NCBI RefSeq assembly: GCF_018977255.1
Contig: NW_024704742.1
Location: 9,426,001-9,490,000 of the forward strand
Direction: 5' to 3'
Length of the DNA: 64,000 nucleotides
Source of the DNA: Callorhinchus milii
Taxonomy: Eukaryota
The notes below the pieces were generated by a model. The model worked only from the letters and a program-made list of their open reading frames with translations, did no database searches and was not told where the DNA came from. How positions within the stretch are numbered: the stretch's first letter is position 1; each line of letters starts with the position of its first letter. The translations under genes and the position numbers were made by a program. Shown piece after piece: positions 35,122 through 48,081 of this stretch.

Positions 35122-35322
35122 ATAGAATCATAGAATCTTAGAATATTACAGCACAGAAGGAGGCCGGCTCTTTGGAAGAGCAACACAATCAGTACCACTC
35201 CCCCGCTCTTGCTCCACATCCTTGCATATTTTTCCTTTTCAAGAACCTATCAAATTTTCTTGTGAAAGTTGTTATTGAATCTATTTCCACCACCCTTTAT
35301 AGCCAGTGCATTCCAGACCTGA
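35122..35322 (-). mobile_element. CR1 3' fragment
   Basis: CATAGAATCATAGAATC..ACAGCACAGAAGGAGGCC is the reverse complement of the CR1 (ATTCTATG)n tail. Confidence 0.85.
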
Positions 35323-35360
35323 TAAGACCTTATGTCAAAATACAAGGATTATTATTATTA

Positions 35361-35660
35361 CAGTAAATTCCTGATAACTCAACCCTGTTTTAACTTATCA
35401 CTACCACTTAAGTCACCATGTTCCCATTTTCAGACCATGCCTACAGTTATCTCCCCCAATTCGGCATCAGGCTTCACCACTGTTAAGCACTTCGAGACAC
35501 TACCCCACGTGAAGGGCGCTCTATAAATGCAAGTTGTTGTCGGGGTCAATACCCCAGCCACATTTATTTATGTATCTATACATATGCCTGACTCACCACT
35601 CCGGATAATTTGTCACTGAGCTCTTTGCCCTTGGGGTGACAAGTTATCAGGAGTTTACTG
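35361..35660. mobile_element. pogo/Tigger-like MITE containing an L2-type tail fragment at about 35440-35540
   Basis: Terminal inverted repeats CAGTAAATTCCTGATAACT ... AGTTATCAGGAGTTTACTG (18/19 match); TA on the left flank. Confidence 0.7.
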
Positions 35661-37154
35661 GATTATATTATTCTCTATTTAAACCAATCGGGCCAGGAAC
35701 CTTAACTTGTCCTCCAGCATTTCTATTTCAACCATGTACAGATGTTAGCGAAAGTTAGTGTTAGTGAAACCTCTGTGTGTATAGCTCTCTGAAATGACCA
35801 GATGAAAGGTGGGGAAACATAAATCCAAGACAGTGCTGGAGGCTTGAACTCCTTATTTTATTATGTCAGGCTCTCTGAATATATTTATTCAGATAAGATG
35901 AGTCTGCTTTGAGGAGACAATATGTTCAGCTCCACCAAATCAAGTGTTGCCTCATGCAGTGAAATGCTGGTTGCATGATGTGGTGGTATCGAGAGGCGTG
36001 AATATAATGTCTCTCGGAACAACTGATGCTTATCAGGGAAGGGGGGAAACAAAAAACTCTTTGAAACCCTATCCAGAACTGTAGGGAGTCACGGTAGCAG
36101 AAACCACCCACATTGCATGTGAGAATGTAGCAAACTCATCCATGGTTTCCTTTAGAGGCTGGATTGTTATCTATTCATGTGCTTGCCCAAACACGTTTGC
36201 TCCTTTCTGTGTAAAATGTTGAATGTTATAAGTTAAATTTATTCTTGGGTCCTCGTTCTTCCTTTGCAGTGAGTAAACAGGCACATCCCAAACAGCTAAT
36301 GTACTTCATGAATCTTTTATGAAAGCTCTCCCTAGCCTAGAAAAGAGAGTCGCCATTGTGCTTTCAACTATAGGCTGCCTGTCAACTTGGCTTAAAGATC
36401 TCATCACACTATTCAAAAAGAGAAGGAAGTTTCTCCCGCTATTTTGGCTAACCATTTGCCAAGTAAGATAGTCATTCACCTAATGGCTATTTGTAGTGTC
36501 TTGCAGTGCTGTTGCTTTTACTACTATTAATAATCATAATAATAATTCTTGTATTTGATATATCGTCTTTCACATCAGATGGATATTAAATTTATTATAA
36601 TAATAATAATCTTGCATTTGATATTATGTAGAGATTGTGCAGTTTGCAGATGAACACAGTAGCCAATCTGCACACACCAAGGAACCACAAACAACAATGA
36701 CCCCAATTTCATCTGGGGAATAAAATTCCACACAAGCCTCTATCTTTCCTAATGCCCCTACGTTCCTCTTTCCCTCGTTTTTTTCCTTTATACACTTTGA
36801 TGCCTTTTGCTCAGACTATGAGTTCTACATTCCTGCCACACTCTGCGCAAGCTTGTAAAGTTTGGGGTTTGTGGTAAATGACCTACATTAACTCTGGCCA
36901 TTACAATTAGAGATATGAATTGTGGATTTCTTTTCTTTGAAAAAATGTGTGGTGACCAATTGTGATGAAGGGTGTCAGCTTGAATCCTCCGTCACGTCCT
37001 CCTGACGTGAAAGGCGCTCTATAAATGGAATCTTGTTGTTGTTGTTGTTGAATGAATGAACCTTTGCTGCAGGTGTAGGGTCTTCTGTTCAGCAGGTTCC
37101 TCATTGCTTACAACCAATGCTGGCAGATGGATGGCCAGATAATAATAAGAATAG

Positions 37155-37515
37155 AAATAATAATCCTTCTATTAATATAGCACCTTATCGCGTCTTTGAG
37201 ACACCTCAAAGCGCTTCACAGCATATGCTGTAATGTGAATCGACTGCATATTTGTGGCCGAAATGTGGCAGCCAATTGTACACAGCAGTGTCCCACAAAC
37301 AGTCATGGATTGAGTGAACACATTTTTTTAAAGGTATTATTACCCCCTGGAAAAGTGATCCGCCAATCGACTCACAACCAGGTTCCTACTTACTGCTGGG
37401 TAAACAGAGGCGTGTGGAGTAAGGAAACTTGTCCAACTTTTCACCCTGCCTGGGAATCAAACCCAGGTTCTCTCACTTGCGAGGCAAGTGCTCTAACCAT
37501 TATGCCACAGGAGTC
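37155..37515 (-). mobile_element. tRNA-derived SINE, long subfamily
   Basis: Complete reverse-complement copy. Confidence 0.88.
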
Positions 37516-37917
37516 AGATTGTGTCAGAGGTGTGTGCTATCAGGGCTTTCAACTACATAAAAATGGAACACCTGGTCAACCCACACCTGTGTATTTCTGC
37601 CACACACCAAGAACTTCTTAATGCAGCTTTGCGCCAGTACAATTTGTTTAAACCAAAAAGGAGTGTGGGGGAAACTCCCAACAATTACTGTTCAGGCTGT
37701 AGTACAGGTTACTCTTCTCACGATCTTGTCAATTAGGAGCTTTTGTCCTCAGAATCATTTATTTCCTTTTTCCTCCAATTTTCAGTTCAAATAGCAACCG
37801 TGCATGGCAAAGGGAGCAGTTTTGCTGAATTGCAGCTATTTTGTGGTTGGACTGTTTTGTCTGGCATCTGTTTCCTCCCAACTTTCATCTTAATGTCGGT
37901 TATTTCTGCCATCTCCT

Positions 37918-38268
37918 AATAATAATAATCCTTGAATTTGATATAGCGCCTTATCACGTCTTCGAGACGTCTTCACAGAATATATTGTAAAGTAAATTGA
38001 CTGTTTATTTTTGTGGGCGAAACGCGACAGCCAATTACGCACAGCAGCGTCCCACACACAGTGGTGGATTGAGCGTCCAAATTATTATGTTTTTTTTGTT
38101 TTGGAGGGATTAATACCCTTGGAAAAGCGATCTGCCAATCTACTAACAACTGGGATCCTATTTACTGCTAGGTAAGCAGAGGCATGTGGAGTAAGGAAAC
38201 TTGCCCAATGACTCAACCTGCCAGGAATCAAACCCAGGTCCTCTCACTTGTGAGGCGAGTGCTCTAAT
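37918..38268 (-). mobile_element. tRNA-derived SINE, long subfamily
   Basis: Reverse-complement copy lacking the first bases of the head. Confidence 0.88.
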
Positions 38269-38458
38269 GTCTCCCTTATTCCTATGGGATGAATGCTGCA
38301 CATCCATTGAGTGGAGGACGCTGGTGGTAGATTGGGATGCCATCAACTTCCAGACCTCTACCTGTACCACCAATTAATAATTATGATAATAGTAATAATA
38401 ATTCTCACATTTGATATAGCACCTTATCACATTGTTGAGTCGTCTCAAAGTGCTTCAC

Positions 38459-39680
38459 AATTTTTTTGAAGAGATGACTGCGGGGGTTGATGAGGGAAAT
38501 GCAGTGGACGTTATTTACATGGATTTCAAAAAGGCTTTTGACACAGTACCGCATAAGAGATTAATAAAAAAATTAGAGGCCCACGGTATTAAGGGGACAG
38601 TGGCAGTTTGGATTAAGAACTGGCTGAGTGACAGAAAGCAGAGGGTGGTGGTTAATGGGTGTTTCTCGAAATGGAAGGAGGTGTGTAGCGGTGCCCCCAG
38701 GGATCGGCATTGGGACCACTGCTCTTTCTAATATATATTAATGATCTGGACTTGGGCAGATGACACAAAGTTAGATAGGGTAGTAAATAATGAGGAGGAC
38801 TGTAACCAACTGCAAGCAGACATACACAGAATGGTGGAATGGGCTGACATGTGGCAGATGGATTTCAATGTGGATAAGTGTGAGGTGATACACTTAGGTA
38901 GGAAAAATGATAGGAGGCAATATAGACTTGGTAGCTCAATCTTAAGGGGGGTGAACGTACAGAGAGATCTGGGTGTTCAAGTAAGCGAATCATTAAAGGT
39001 AGTGGGGCAGGTAGATAAGGCAGTAAAAAAGGCATTTGGTGTACTGAGCTTTATTAGTAGGGGCATAGAGTATAAGAGTAGGGAGGTTATGGTTAATCTG
39101 TACAAAACACTGGTTAGGCCTCAGCTGGAGTACTGCGTCCAGTTCTGGGCACCTTACTTCAGGAAGGACATTAAGGCACTGGAAAGGGTGCAGAGGAGAT
39201 TCACGAGAATGATACCAGGAATGGGGAAGCTTAGCTATGAGGACAGGCTGGAGAAGTTAGGACTTTTCCCATTAGAGCAGAGAAGGTTACGCGGGGACCT
39301 GATAGAGGTCTTCAAGATCATGAAAGGTTTCGACAGGCGAGATAGGGAAAAGCTGTTTCCGCTGGTAGGTGTGTCTGTGACTCGTGGTCACAGTCTTAAG
39401 ATATCTACCAAAAGAAGCAGAGGGGAGGTTAGAAGAAATTTTTTCACTCAGCGAGTTGTTCGAATTTGGAATGATCTGCCTGAAAGGGTAGTGAAGTCCG
39501 ATTCGATAACAGCTTTTAAGAGAGAACTGGATAGGTATCTGGGGAAGACGGGTTTGCAGGGTTATGGGGAGAAAGCTGGTGATTGGGGTTAGTGAAAGTG
39601 ACTTGCTCTGTCAAAGAGCCGGCACAGACTCGATGGGCCAAATGGCCCCTTTCTGTGCCGTAACATTCTATGAATCTATG
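38459..39680 (+). mobile_element. 5'-truncated CR1 LINE (RT C-terminal half), inserted in a Deu-type SINE
   Basis: VDVIYMDFKKAFDTVPHKRL, ADDTKL, ERVQRRFTRMI, RRLRGDLIEVFKI, RNFFTQRVVRIWNDLP; ATTCTATG tail; host SINE pieces at 38390-38458 and 39681-40035. Confidence 0.95.
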
Positions 39681-40035
39681 AAGATATACTGAAAAGTGGA
39701 TTGACTGTGTACTTTGTGGGCGAATCATGGTCACCAGTTGTGCAGAGCAATGTCCCACAAACAGCCATGGAGTGAGTGACTAATTTTATTTGGGGGATTG
39801 ATGGCCAGGACACTGGGAAAAACTCCCATCTCTTTTCAAAATGTGGGATAGGATCTTTAGCATCACCTGAACAGGCAGAAGGGACATCTCACCTAAAGGA
39901 CAGCATCTCGAACAATGCAACACCCCCCACCAGCACTGCATTGGAGTTTCGGTTTAGATTCCGAGTTTCTCCATGGGGCTAGAACCCACAACTTGCTGAC
40001 TCAAAGGCGAGAGAGGTGAGAGGTGAGCCAGGCTA
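39681..40035 (-). mobile_element. Deu-type SINE (part remaining after the CR1 insertion)
   Basis: Continues the SINE 3' domain (GATATACTGAAAAGTG), then the Deu-like segment and head. Confidence 0.75.
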
Positions 40036-40392
40036 TAATGTAGAAGAAAGTGAGGTTCAGATTACTCCTCATCTGGTTTGTTTCTGTTTCAACCTTAAGT
40101 GTCTGCTTAATTCATTTGGTAACACTCTTGCTGTTCTTTCCCTGAAGAAAAGGGAGTTATTCCAAGATTCTGACTAGTTTCTCCCTCATCCAGATGACTC
40201 CCAAGTAATAGACTCATTGATCTTTCTTCTCATTCGTGTTTGTAGGATGTTGGTTGTAGCATTTGCTTATGTAACCATCACAACAATAATAATGTAATGA
40301 TAATAGTCAGGACATAGGGAGAAACACATTTCTCTTTTTGAATAGTGCCTTAGCATCTTTAAGGTCCAGCTAAATGGGAGAACAAGTAGCCC

Positions 40393-40748
40393 AATAATAA
40401 TAATCCTTGCATTTGATATAGTGCCCTATCACGTCTTTGTGATGTCTCAAAGCGTTTCACAGAATATACTGTAAAGTGAATTGATTGTATATTTTGTAGC
40501 CGAAACGTGGCAGCCAATTGCGCACAGCAGTGTCCCACAGACAGTTGAGGATTGAAGAGACTAATTTTTTTTTAAGGAATTATTACCCCGGGAAAGTGAT
40601 CCATTAATCGTGTAACAACCGGTTCCTAATTACTGTTAGATAAACAGAGGAGTGTGAAATAAGGAAACTTGTCTAAAATTTCTCCCTGCTGGGACTCGAA
40701 CCCAGATCTAATCATTTGAGAGGCGAGTGCTCTAACCACTGAGCTGGA
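40393..40748 (-). mobile_element. tRNA-derived SINE, long subfamily
   Basis: Complete reverse-complement copy. Confidence 0.87.
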
Positions 40749-41420
40749 GAACAAACAATATACTGCACCTCAATTACTGCACTGGGGGATCAGCCCAGAC
40801 TGTGCTCAAAGTCCCAACGTGGAGTTTGAACCTACAATCTTCTGTTTCAGAGGCGAGAGTACCACCAATTGAGCCAGTCTAATACCTAAGTGGAAGGTAA
40901 TCACTTTTTTGACATGCGACTCTAAATCCGATGTAAATACTATACTATAAATACGATGCTATAGTATTTTGACCTACGTGTTACCTCTCCCAGACTGAAA
41001 TCAGAGAGTACAGTTCTGTACTAAGACCTGTTTTTGTTCTCCATGTATATAAATGATTTGTATATGGATGTGGGCATAGAAATGTTATCAAAAGGCGCAG
41101 AAGACACTACATTAGGAGGCATGAAAACATTTAGAGGCACAGTGGAGAGAACAGGAGACTGGAGATGGGGATGAGTAGACTAAGCAAATAATGTGACAAA
41201 ATAACAAATATAATCAACCCTGAATTGCTACAGACATGCCTGTTCTTTTACCAATTGATCCATCCTTCCAGCCACCAAAATGTATCTTCACTTAATAATA
41301 AAATAATAATAACAAAACTTAATAACAAAATAATAATAATAATAAACTTTACATTTCGTATAGCACCTTTCACATAAAGAGGGAGTCTCAAAATGCTTTA
41401 CAGGATCTAAGTGTAATGGA

Positions 41421-42570
41421 GTTGCCCATAACACAGAAACTGCCCTGGTCAAGGTCACCAATGACATTTTGACCATCTGCGACCAGGGCTCCCTCTGCCT
41501 CCTCGTCCTTCTCGACTTATCGGCAGCATTCGATACGGTCGACCACGCTATCCTCCTCCACCGCTTGTCCTCCCACCTCAACCTTCAAGGCCCTGTCTTT
41601 GAATGGTTTAGGTCGTACCTCTCCCACCGTCTTTATTTTGTTTCCACAAGCGGCTTTTCCTCCAGCCTCTGCACTGTCTCGTGTGGTGTCCCTCAGGGCT
41701 CTGTCCTCGTTCCCCTACTCTTCACCCTCTATATGCTCCCCCTGTGGTGACATCATCCGCAGACATGGGGTTAACTTCCACATGTATGCGGATGACACCC
41801 AACTCTACCTTTCCTCCTCTACCCTCAACTCCACGACCACCGATGTCCTGACAGTCTGCCTGTCCGACATCGAGTCCTGGACGAGAGACAACTTTCTTCA
41901 GCTCAATGTGCGCAAAACTGAGGCCCTCCTGATTGGCTCACGTCAGCGCCTCCGCACCTCAGGCGCTGACAGCATCAGCATCCAAGACTGCACTCTCCAC
42001 CTCTCAAAGCCGGTCAGGAACCTTAGTGTTCTGTTCGACCCTGAGCTGTCCTTTCTCCCTCATATCTGCGCCACAACTGGCACCGCCTTCCATCACCTCC
42101 AAAACATCGCCAGACTACGGTACTACCTCACCCCTCACGCTGCTGAAACTCTGGTCCATGCCTTTATTACCTCTAGGCTGGACTATGGGAACTCTCTTCT
42201 ACAATCGCTCTACCTACCTGCCCGTACCCTCCGTTCCTCTGGCTCCGGTCTGCTCCACATCCCCCGCCCCAACCGCTCTACCATCGGTGGTCGGGCCTTC
42301 AGCCTCTCAGCCCCGAGGCTCTGGAACTCCATCCCCCAGTGTCTTCGCCGCCTCCTCCCTTTCCTCCTTCAAGGCCGGTCTCAAGACCTTCCTCTTTGAC
42401 CGAGCCTTCAGCTCCCCTCTCGACTCTCTACCCCCTCCTCGCCCCCTCACTTCCCTCCCATCACCCTGACCATTTCCCCCCTGCTCGGGTCCTGACCCAA
42501 CAGTCCAGCGCCTTGGAACATCCTCCTGATGTGAAAGGCGCTCTATAAATGAAATCTTGTTGTTGTTGTT
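41421..42570 (+). mobile_element. young 5'-truncated L2 LINE with an internal deletion at about 42200
   Basis: Highly similar to the full-length copy: [29 protein letters not shown]; (TTG)n tail. Confidence 0.94.
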
Positions 42571-43547
42571 TGTGTTTTGTTGGCGAATAATTCCTTCTTC
42601 ATCTAAACCAATCTTGTGATCTAATGATATATCAAAAGCCTGATCAAAAATTGATCAAAACCAGAACAATATAAAGGCTGTTGCTGATCAACACACACAC
42701 ACACTGGACACCCTTTTCAGAAGTTCACAGCCACCTCAGTGGCATGTAGACATGGTGCTTTCTGTAAATATAAGAGACCCATCTTGTTTGGCAGCTGCTT
42801 TTTAGAGTTTACGTTGCTAACAATACAGATAATGACAGGGATATAGGATAATATTAATAATAAATAATAATAATCATTATGTTTGATATTTGCACCTTTT
42901 ACGTCAGGAGGATGTCTCAAAATACTTCACTAGATGTAAAGAGTAGCTTTGGTCAGCCAACTGACAAATGCAGAAACCCATCACCATGCTTAAGAGTATC
43001 CAAACCAAACTGGGAGTTTCATGCATGCCACCTACACAGGCACGCTTCCGGTCTGGAATAGAATTTGCTATCTCTCCCCAGAGGAAACACACTAGGCACA
43101 GGTAGGCCTTTGGCACCCCAGAGTGTGTTGTGGTACTGCTAGAGTTCAACCAGCTGAAACCATATAACTTGCCACTAAAGGTATTGTCTGACAAGTTTCC
43201 CGCTGCTTGTCCAGCTGTGACCATCGTATCCTTAGTGCTTTGGCTTAACAGGGCTGAATGGGAAGTATTACTGCTCATGGTGACTGGGTTGCACCTTCAA
43301 ATCTGCCAATGAGCCACCCTGGCAGTGCTGCCAGGCTTAGGTACAGGACTACTTGTTTTGCCCCATTTCGCCCACAAAATATATAGTCAATTCACTTTAC
43401 AGTATATAGTGTGAAGCGCTTTGAGACGGCACTATATCAAATGCAAAGATTATTATCATTATTATTATTACCCAGATCCACACAGAAAGCTCGCACAAGT
43501 CATTTGCCAAACATGTCACCTTTGAACCAGTTCAGTTGCAGGAACTG

Positions 43548-43736
43548 ACTGAAAGGGTGCTGGAAGCTGATTCGATACCAACTTTTAAGAGAGAAGTAGA
43601 TAATTATCTGGGGAGGACAAGTTTGCAGGGCTATGGGGAGAGTGGGATTGATTTGGAAGCTCTTTTCAAGGAGCCGGCACAGACATGATGGGCCAAATGG
43701 TCTCCTTCTTTGCTGTATAATTCTATGATTCTATGA
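43548..43736 (+). mobile_element. CR1 3' fragment
   Basis: Near-identical to 14037-14216, including ATTCTATGATTCTATGA. Confidence 0.9.
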
Positions 43737-44414
43737 ACTTCCCTCCTCCCTAAGATAGAAAAGAACCACTATTGTTCATTATCATGTTTAAATTACGTTA
43801 AATTACAGGTCTTCATTTTCCCAAATAAAAAAAAAGACATCAGTTGCTGGGTCCATGCTTCTCTTGACGTCACGTAAGCAACTCTGACGTAAAGCGTAGA
43901 ACAATGAGAGGTTGAAAGAATCCAGAGGCTTGTGATTTTTTTTGAAATGTAGCAATCCAGGTACATCCCTTTCTGATCCCTACCTATCATTTAATTATAA
44001 AGTTTTTTGCAAGATGTAGAATAATAATAATCGTTGCATTTGATATAGAGCCTTATCATATCTTAGAGATGTCTCAAAGCGCTTCAACAAAAACAACTTG
44101 CATTTATATAGCGCCCTTCACAGTGGCGAAATCTGACAACTAACCAGGGGGAGAAGGAGGGGGGAGGTGACCATAAGCACCATCAAAAAGCATGTAAGCT
44201 TCACAGAATACACTGTAAAGTGTAGTGGTTATATATTTTGTGCGTGAAGCGCGGCAGCCAATAGCGCACAGCAGTGTCCCACAAACGGTCATTTTACCTT
44301 TTTTTCACTCTGCTTTACTGAATGCTTTATGCTTTACTAAAACAAACCCATTAACTGCAACTAAATTCAGTTTCCTTCTTTTTCTTTTCTGTGACTGATC
44401 ACTGCCCCCTATAG

Positions 44415-44435
44415 GATGTGGGAGATTCAGCTTCC
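44415..44435 (+). other. candidate 21-nt microexon of an unidentified host gene
   Basis: Long polypyrimidine tract, then ACTGCCCCCTATAG | GATGTGGGAGATTCAGCTTCC | GTATGT; no stop codon in any frame. Confidence 0.4.
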
Positions 44436-47400
44436 GTATGTAATTAACTATATTTTTGAGTGTGTTTTTCTTTTGGAGTTTTCCCTCACCCACACATACA
44501 CTGTTCCCAACACATAACATACGCACACCCACGTCCTAACCAAAATGTGATCCAGTCACCTCTGCTTCCTTATACACAGACAGTTAAAACGTCAGCCGTT
44601 TGCAAATAAATTGGCTCATTCACGCCATGTTGCATCATGTTTACTAGGCTGATGCTCTGTAATGTGCATTATTAGCTGCTTTCGTTGATGTTTGTAAACA
44701 TATAACTTCCAGAAACCTGTGTGTGTAAATTTTTTCCGATTGTTCTTCCTCTCTTGACTCATTTGAGTAGGTTCAGAATGTTATGATTGACAATATTTGC
44801 TAAATTTCTAAAATAGAATTCCATTTTCACTGCACCTTCAAACTTTTACTTTAGGGAAAGAAAGCCGACGTGAATCTCGCCGTTTAATTTCCTAACTTTA
44901 AACTCAAGGGGTGAAAGACTCTGATTCACTAATGAGAGTTATTGTCGTTTGTGAATTTCTGTAAAGGTTGAACTGTGAATATTAGATTTGTGAAGTATAA
45001 CAAAGTGCATTTAACCCAAGCTCTCTCTACTTAACCCATACATTCACAAGGATTCATAATGACTCTCTACTCTGTGGTCATATGAAGGATGCCTCACACC
45101 TTGATGATTCAACAGATACCAATAGAGGTGCTTCCTGTTCACTTTTATTGTACCACAGATCAGGATTACCTGATTTCCATGTTAGATGTGGAGAACAAAA
45201 GTAAAGTTTGAAAGTAAAGTAGGAAGCTACAGGACATCCTCTTGTATTCAGATACAAATATTCAGTAGATGCCCAAATGATCTCTAACCCTTTACTGAAT
45301 CTTCCCATGTTGTATCTTATACTTTCCGTCTTATTTCTAAGCTTGCCTCAATGCCACTTTTCAATTGGATGTGCTAGAGTGACAGATTGTCTTATTATTA
45401 ATAACAATATTCCTTACATTTCATATAACGTTTTTCACATCAACACGTCTCAAAGTGCTTCACAGGTAAAGTGATGTGACTGCCTTTTGTGGGTGAATGC
45501 GGCAGCCAATTGATACACAGCAATATCCCACAGTCATGTACAACTTGTATTTATGTAGTGCTTTTCATACAGGGTAGCGTCTCAGAGTCCTTGGACACCA
45601 TAAGAAATTTCCTTCTTTTTTCGAATATTTCCATGGGATCTTTAACATCCAGGCAATTGGAACGATGGTTTAACATCTCATCTGAAGGACACAATGCAGG
45701 CATCTCCCCGAGCCAGGTCTAAGAACAAGTGATTGTCCTACCTATTGGCCATTGGCAAAAAATAGGTAGTGTAGCCTGGGTGCCATAGTTGGTTAGAACA
45801 CTATCACTTAATATTTGGATCATCGGTTTGTACTGATAGAATGTAAGCCTCCCCTCACCATTCAGTGAAAGGATTTTAAGTGAAATAAGCATAGACAACC
45901 AGTCTGAATCAATTCCTTATGAGTTCCTAGCACATACTGTTTGTATTTAGTGTTAATTCACAGTACAATTGCCAAGCTTGCTTACAGACACTGTAAGGGT
46001 GGAATATAATGCAGAATTATCAGGTAGAAGATTGGCTGTTCTTCTGAGACTGGTGGTTAAAGTGTATCGTTGCAGTCAAGTCAAAGAGCTTGGTCTCCAT
46101 CTGGGCTGTGGAAGAACAATCTGAGAGTGGTTGATACTGGATCCCCAAAGAGCATCTATTTCAATCCTCAACATAGACACCCTTCATAATCAACTCAACA
46201 TTCATCCATCCCAAAAAGAAAAAATAACAACATGACTCTATCTGATGAAGTTTAGTCATTGTTGTATACCTTTTGCTATGCACCACAGAATGCTTTGCTG
46301 TTACTCACTCAGTAAAAAGAGAATATGCATTGACACAATTCATTCAGCCTGGCTAATACAATGAGCATGGCTTGGTTTGGGCACTGAATGTGCTTGGAAA
46401 ATCAAAATCCATTCAGTCTAATCAAAAGCTACCTGAATGAAAGGTCAGTGGGTTAAAAACAGTGCATGGAGTGGTAGGTAGTGAGCCAAATAGGCTTGGC
46501 GAGCATCAGCTTTACCCCCTGATCTCAGCTGTGATTGGTGTCCCAAGCTGAGGAATGAGCGTACATACTTCCTATGAAATATTTTGTGACAGACAGTTCA
46601 CATTTACAGCACAGGAGGCCATTTATCCTATCACAATGCTGATGCAAGCTTACCCACTATTAGCCTTATCCCTTGTTATTTCCTTGTAGCTTGTATTTTG
46701 CGCCCATATTTTGTATTGAACTCTAAATCCTATCAAGGCTTGTGCGGCCATGGTAGAGGACGGCTTTGGGTATGACTGTGACGCATCCACTGTAGAATAA
46801 CCTGGAGAAATGCACTGACTAGGCTAACATAGTGAGTATGGTCACTTGAATAAGGTTTTGGAGTAATGCTGCTTTACTGCGGATCCATGCATCAGAATGA
46901 ATTTGTTTCTTCAGCAGAAAGAGGGGAGAAGAAAGAGATTGGAGGGAGTAAAAGTCCTAGAACTTTTAAACTAGTGAGAAATAATGTGGTACTCTGCTCC
47001 TTGTAGACAATATGTTGCTATGGGCTCAAGACTGGAATTTCAACTTGTAAGTAACATGCATTACAAATGCAAAATGGAAACAGATTTCAACTTCATGGCA
47101 ACTTTTCATAAGTAGCACAGGAACAAATTTGTTAAAGTTGCCCAATGGAGCAGGAAAGCACTTAGTCAACAGCAACAAATCCAATACCCAAGAGAACGTA
47201 CCAGAAGAACCTGAGCAAAACAAAGTAGATTGTGAAGTGACTTGTTCCCGATGATTAGTAGAATGGCCCTTACAAAGCGATACACTGTTATTGCAAAAGT
47301 TAGGAGTGACTCCATAGTTACTATCAAGTTGGATAAATCTGAGTTATCCCGACATTCATATCAGGAATTGTTAACTTGTAAAACTCTGTTGCAAAACAAC

Positions 47401-47719
47401 ATAGCTCTTCATCAGATACTCAGAGGGTATTTGTTTCTTCAAAACAAATCACGTGATCAGGTAGCTGATTTAAGTTACTTTTGAGTTTGTGGACCACAAT
47501 GCAGCATTTCTATTGAGTTTGTCCTTTGAGGCAGAGTACCTGAGAATACTATTGTACACATCTGGTCTGAAATGGCTTACAATGTGGCTGATAGGTTTCA
47601 CCATTGGATTTTAATTGATAATAGTGACCAATGATTGTCAATGAGAAGTATTAATATGAAATGAAAGAGGGTGTTGCCCATGGACACCTAAATTCTGTGC
47701 TGTGCAAAAATTGAAATAT

Positions 47720-48081
47720 AATATAATAAGCCTCGCATTTGATATAGAGCCTTATTATGTCTTCGAGGTGTCTTAAAGCACTTTGCATAATATATTGTAA
47801 AGTGAGTTGACTGTACATTTTGTGGGCGAAACATGGCAGCCAATTATGCACAGCAGCGTCCCACAAACAGTCGTGGATTCAGTCACCAAATTATTATTTC
47901 TTTGGGGAGGGATTATTGCCCTGGAAAAGCGATCCGCCAATCAACTAACAATTGGGTTCCTACTTACTGTTAGGTAAACAGAGGCATGTTTACTTGCCCA
48001 ATGTTTCACCCTGCCTGGGAATCAAACCCAGGTCCTCTCGCTTGTGAGGTGAGCACTCTAACCACTAAGCTGCAGGACACC
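47720..48081 (-). mobile_element. tRNA-derived SINE, long subfamily
   Basis: Complete reverse-complement copy. Confidence 0.87.
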
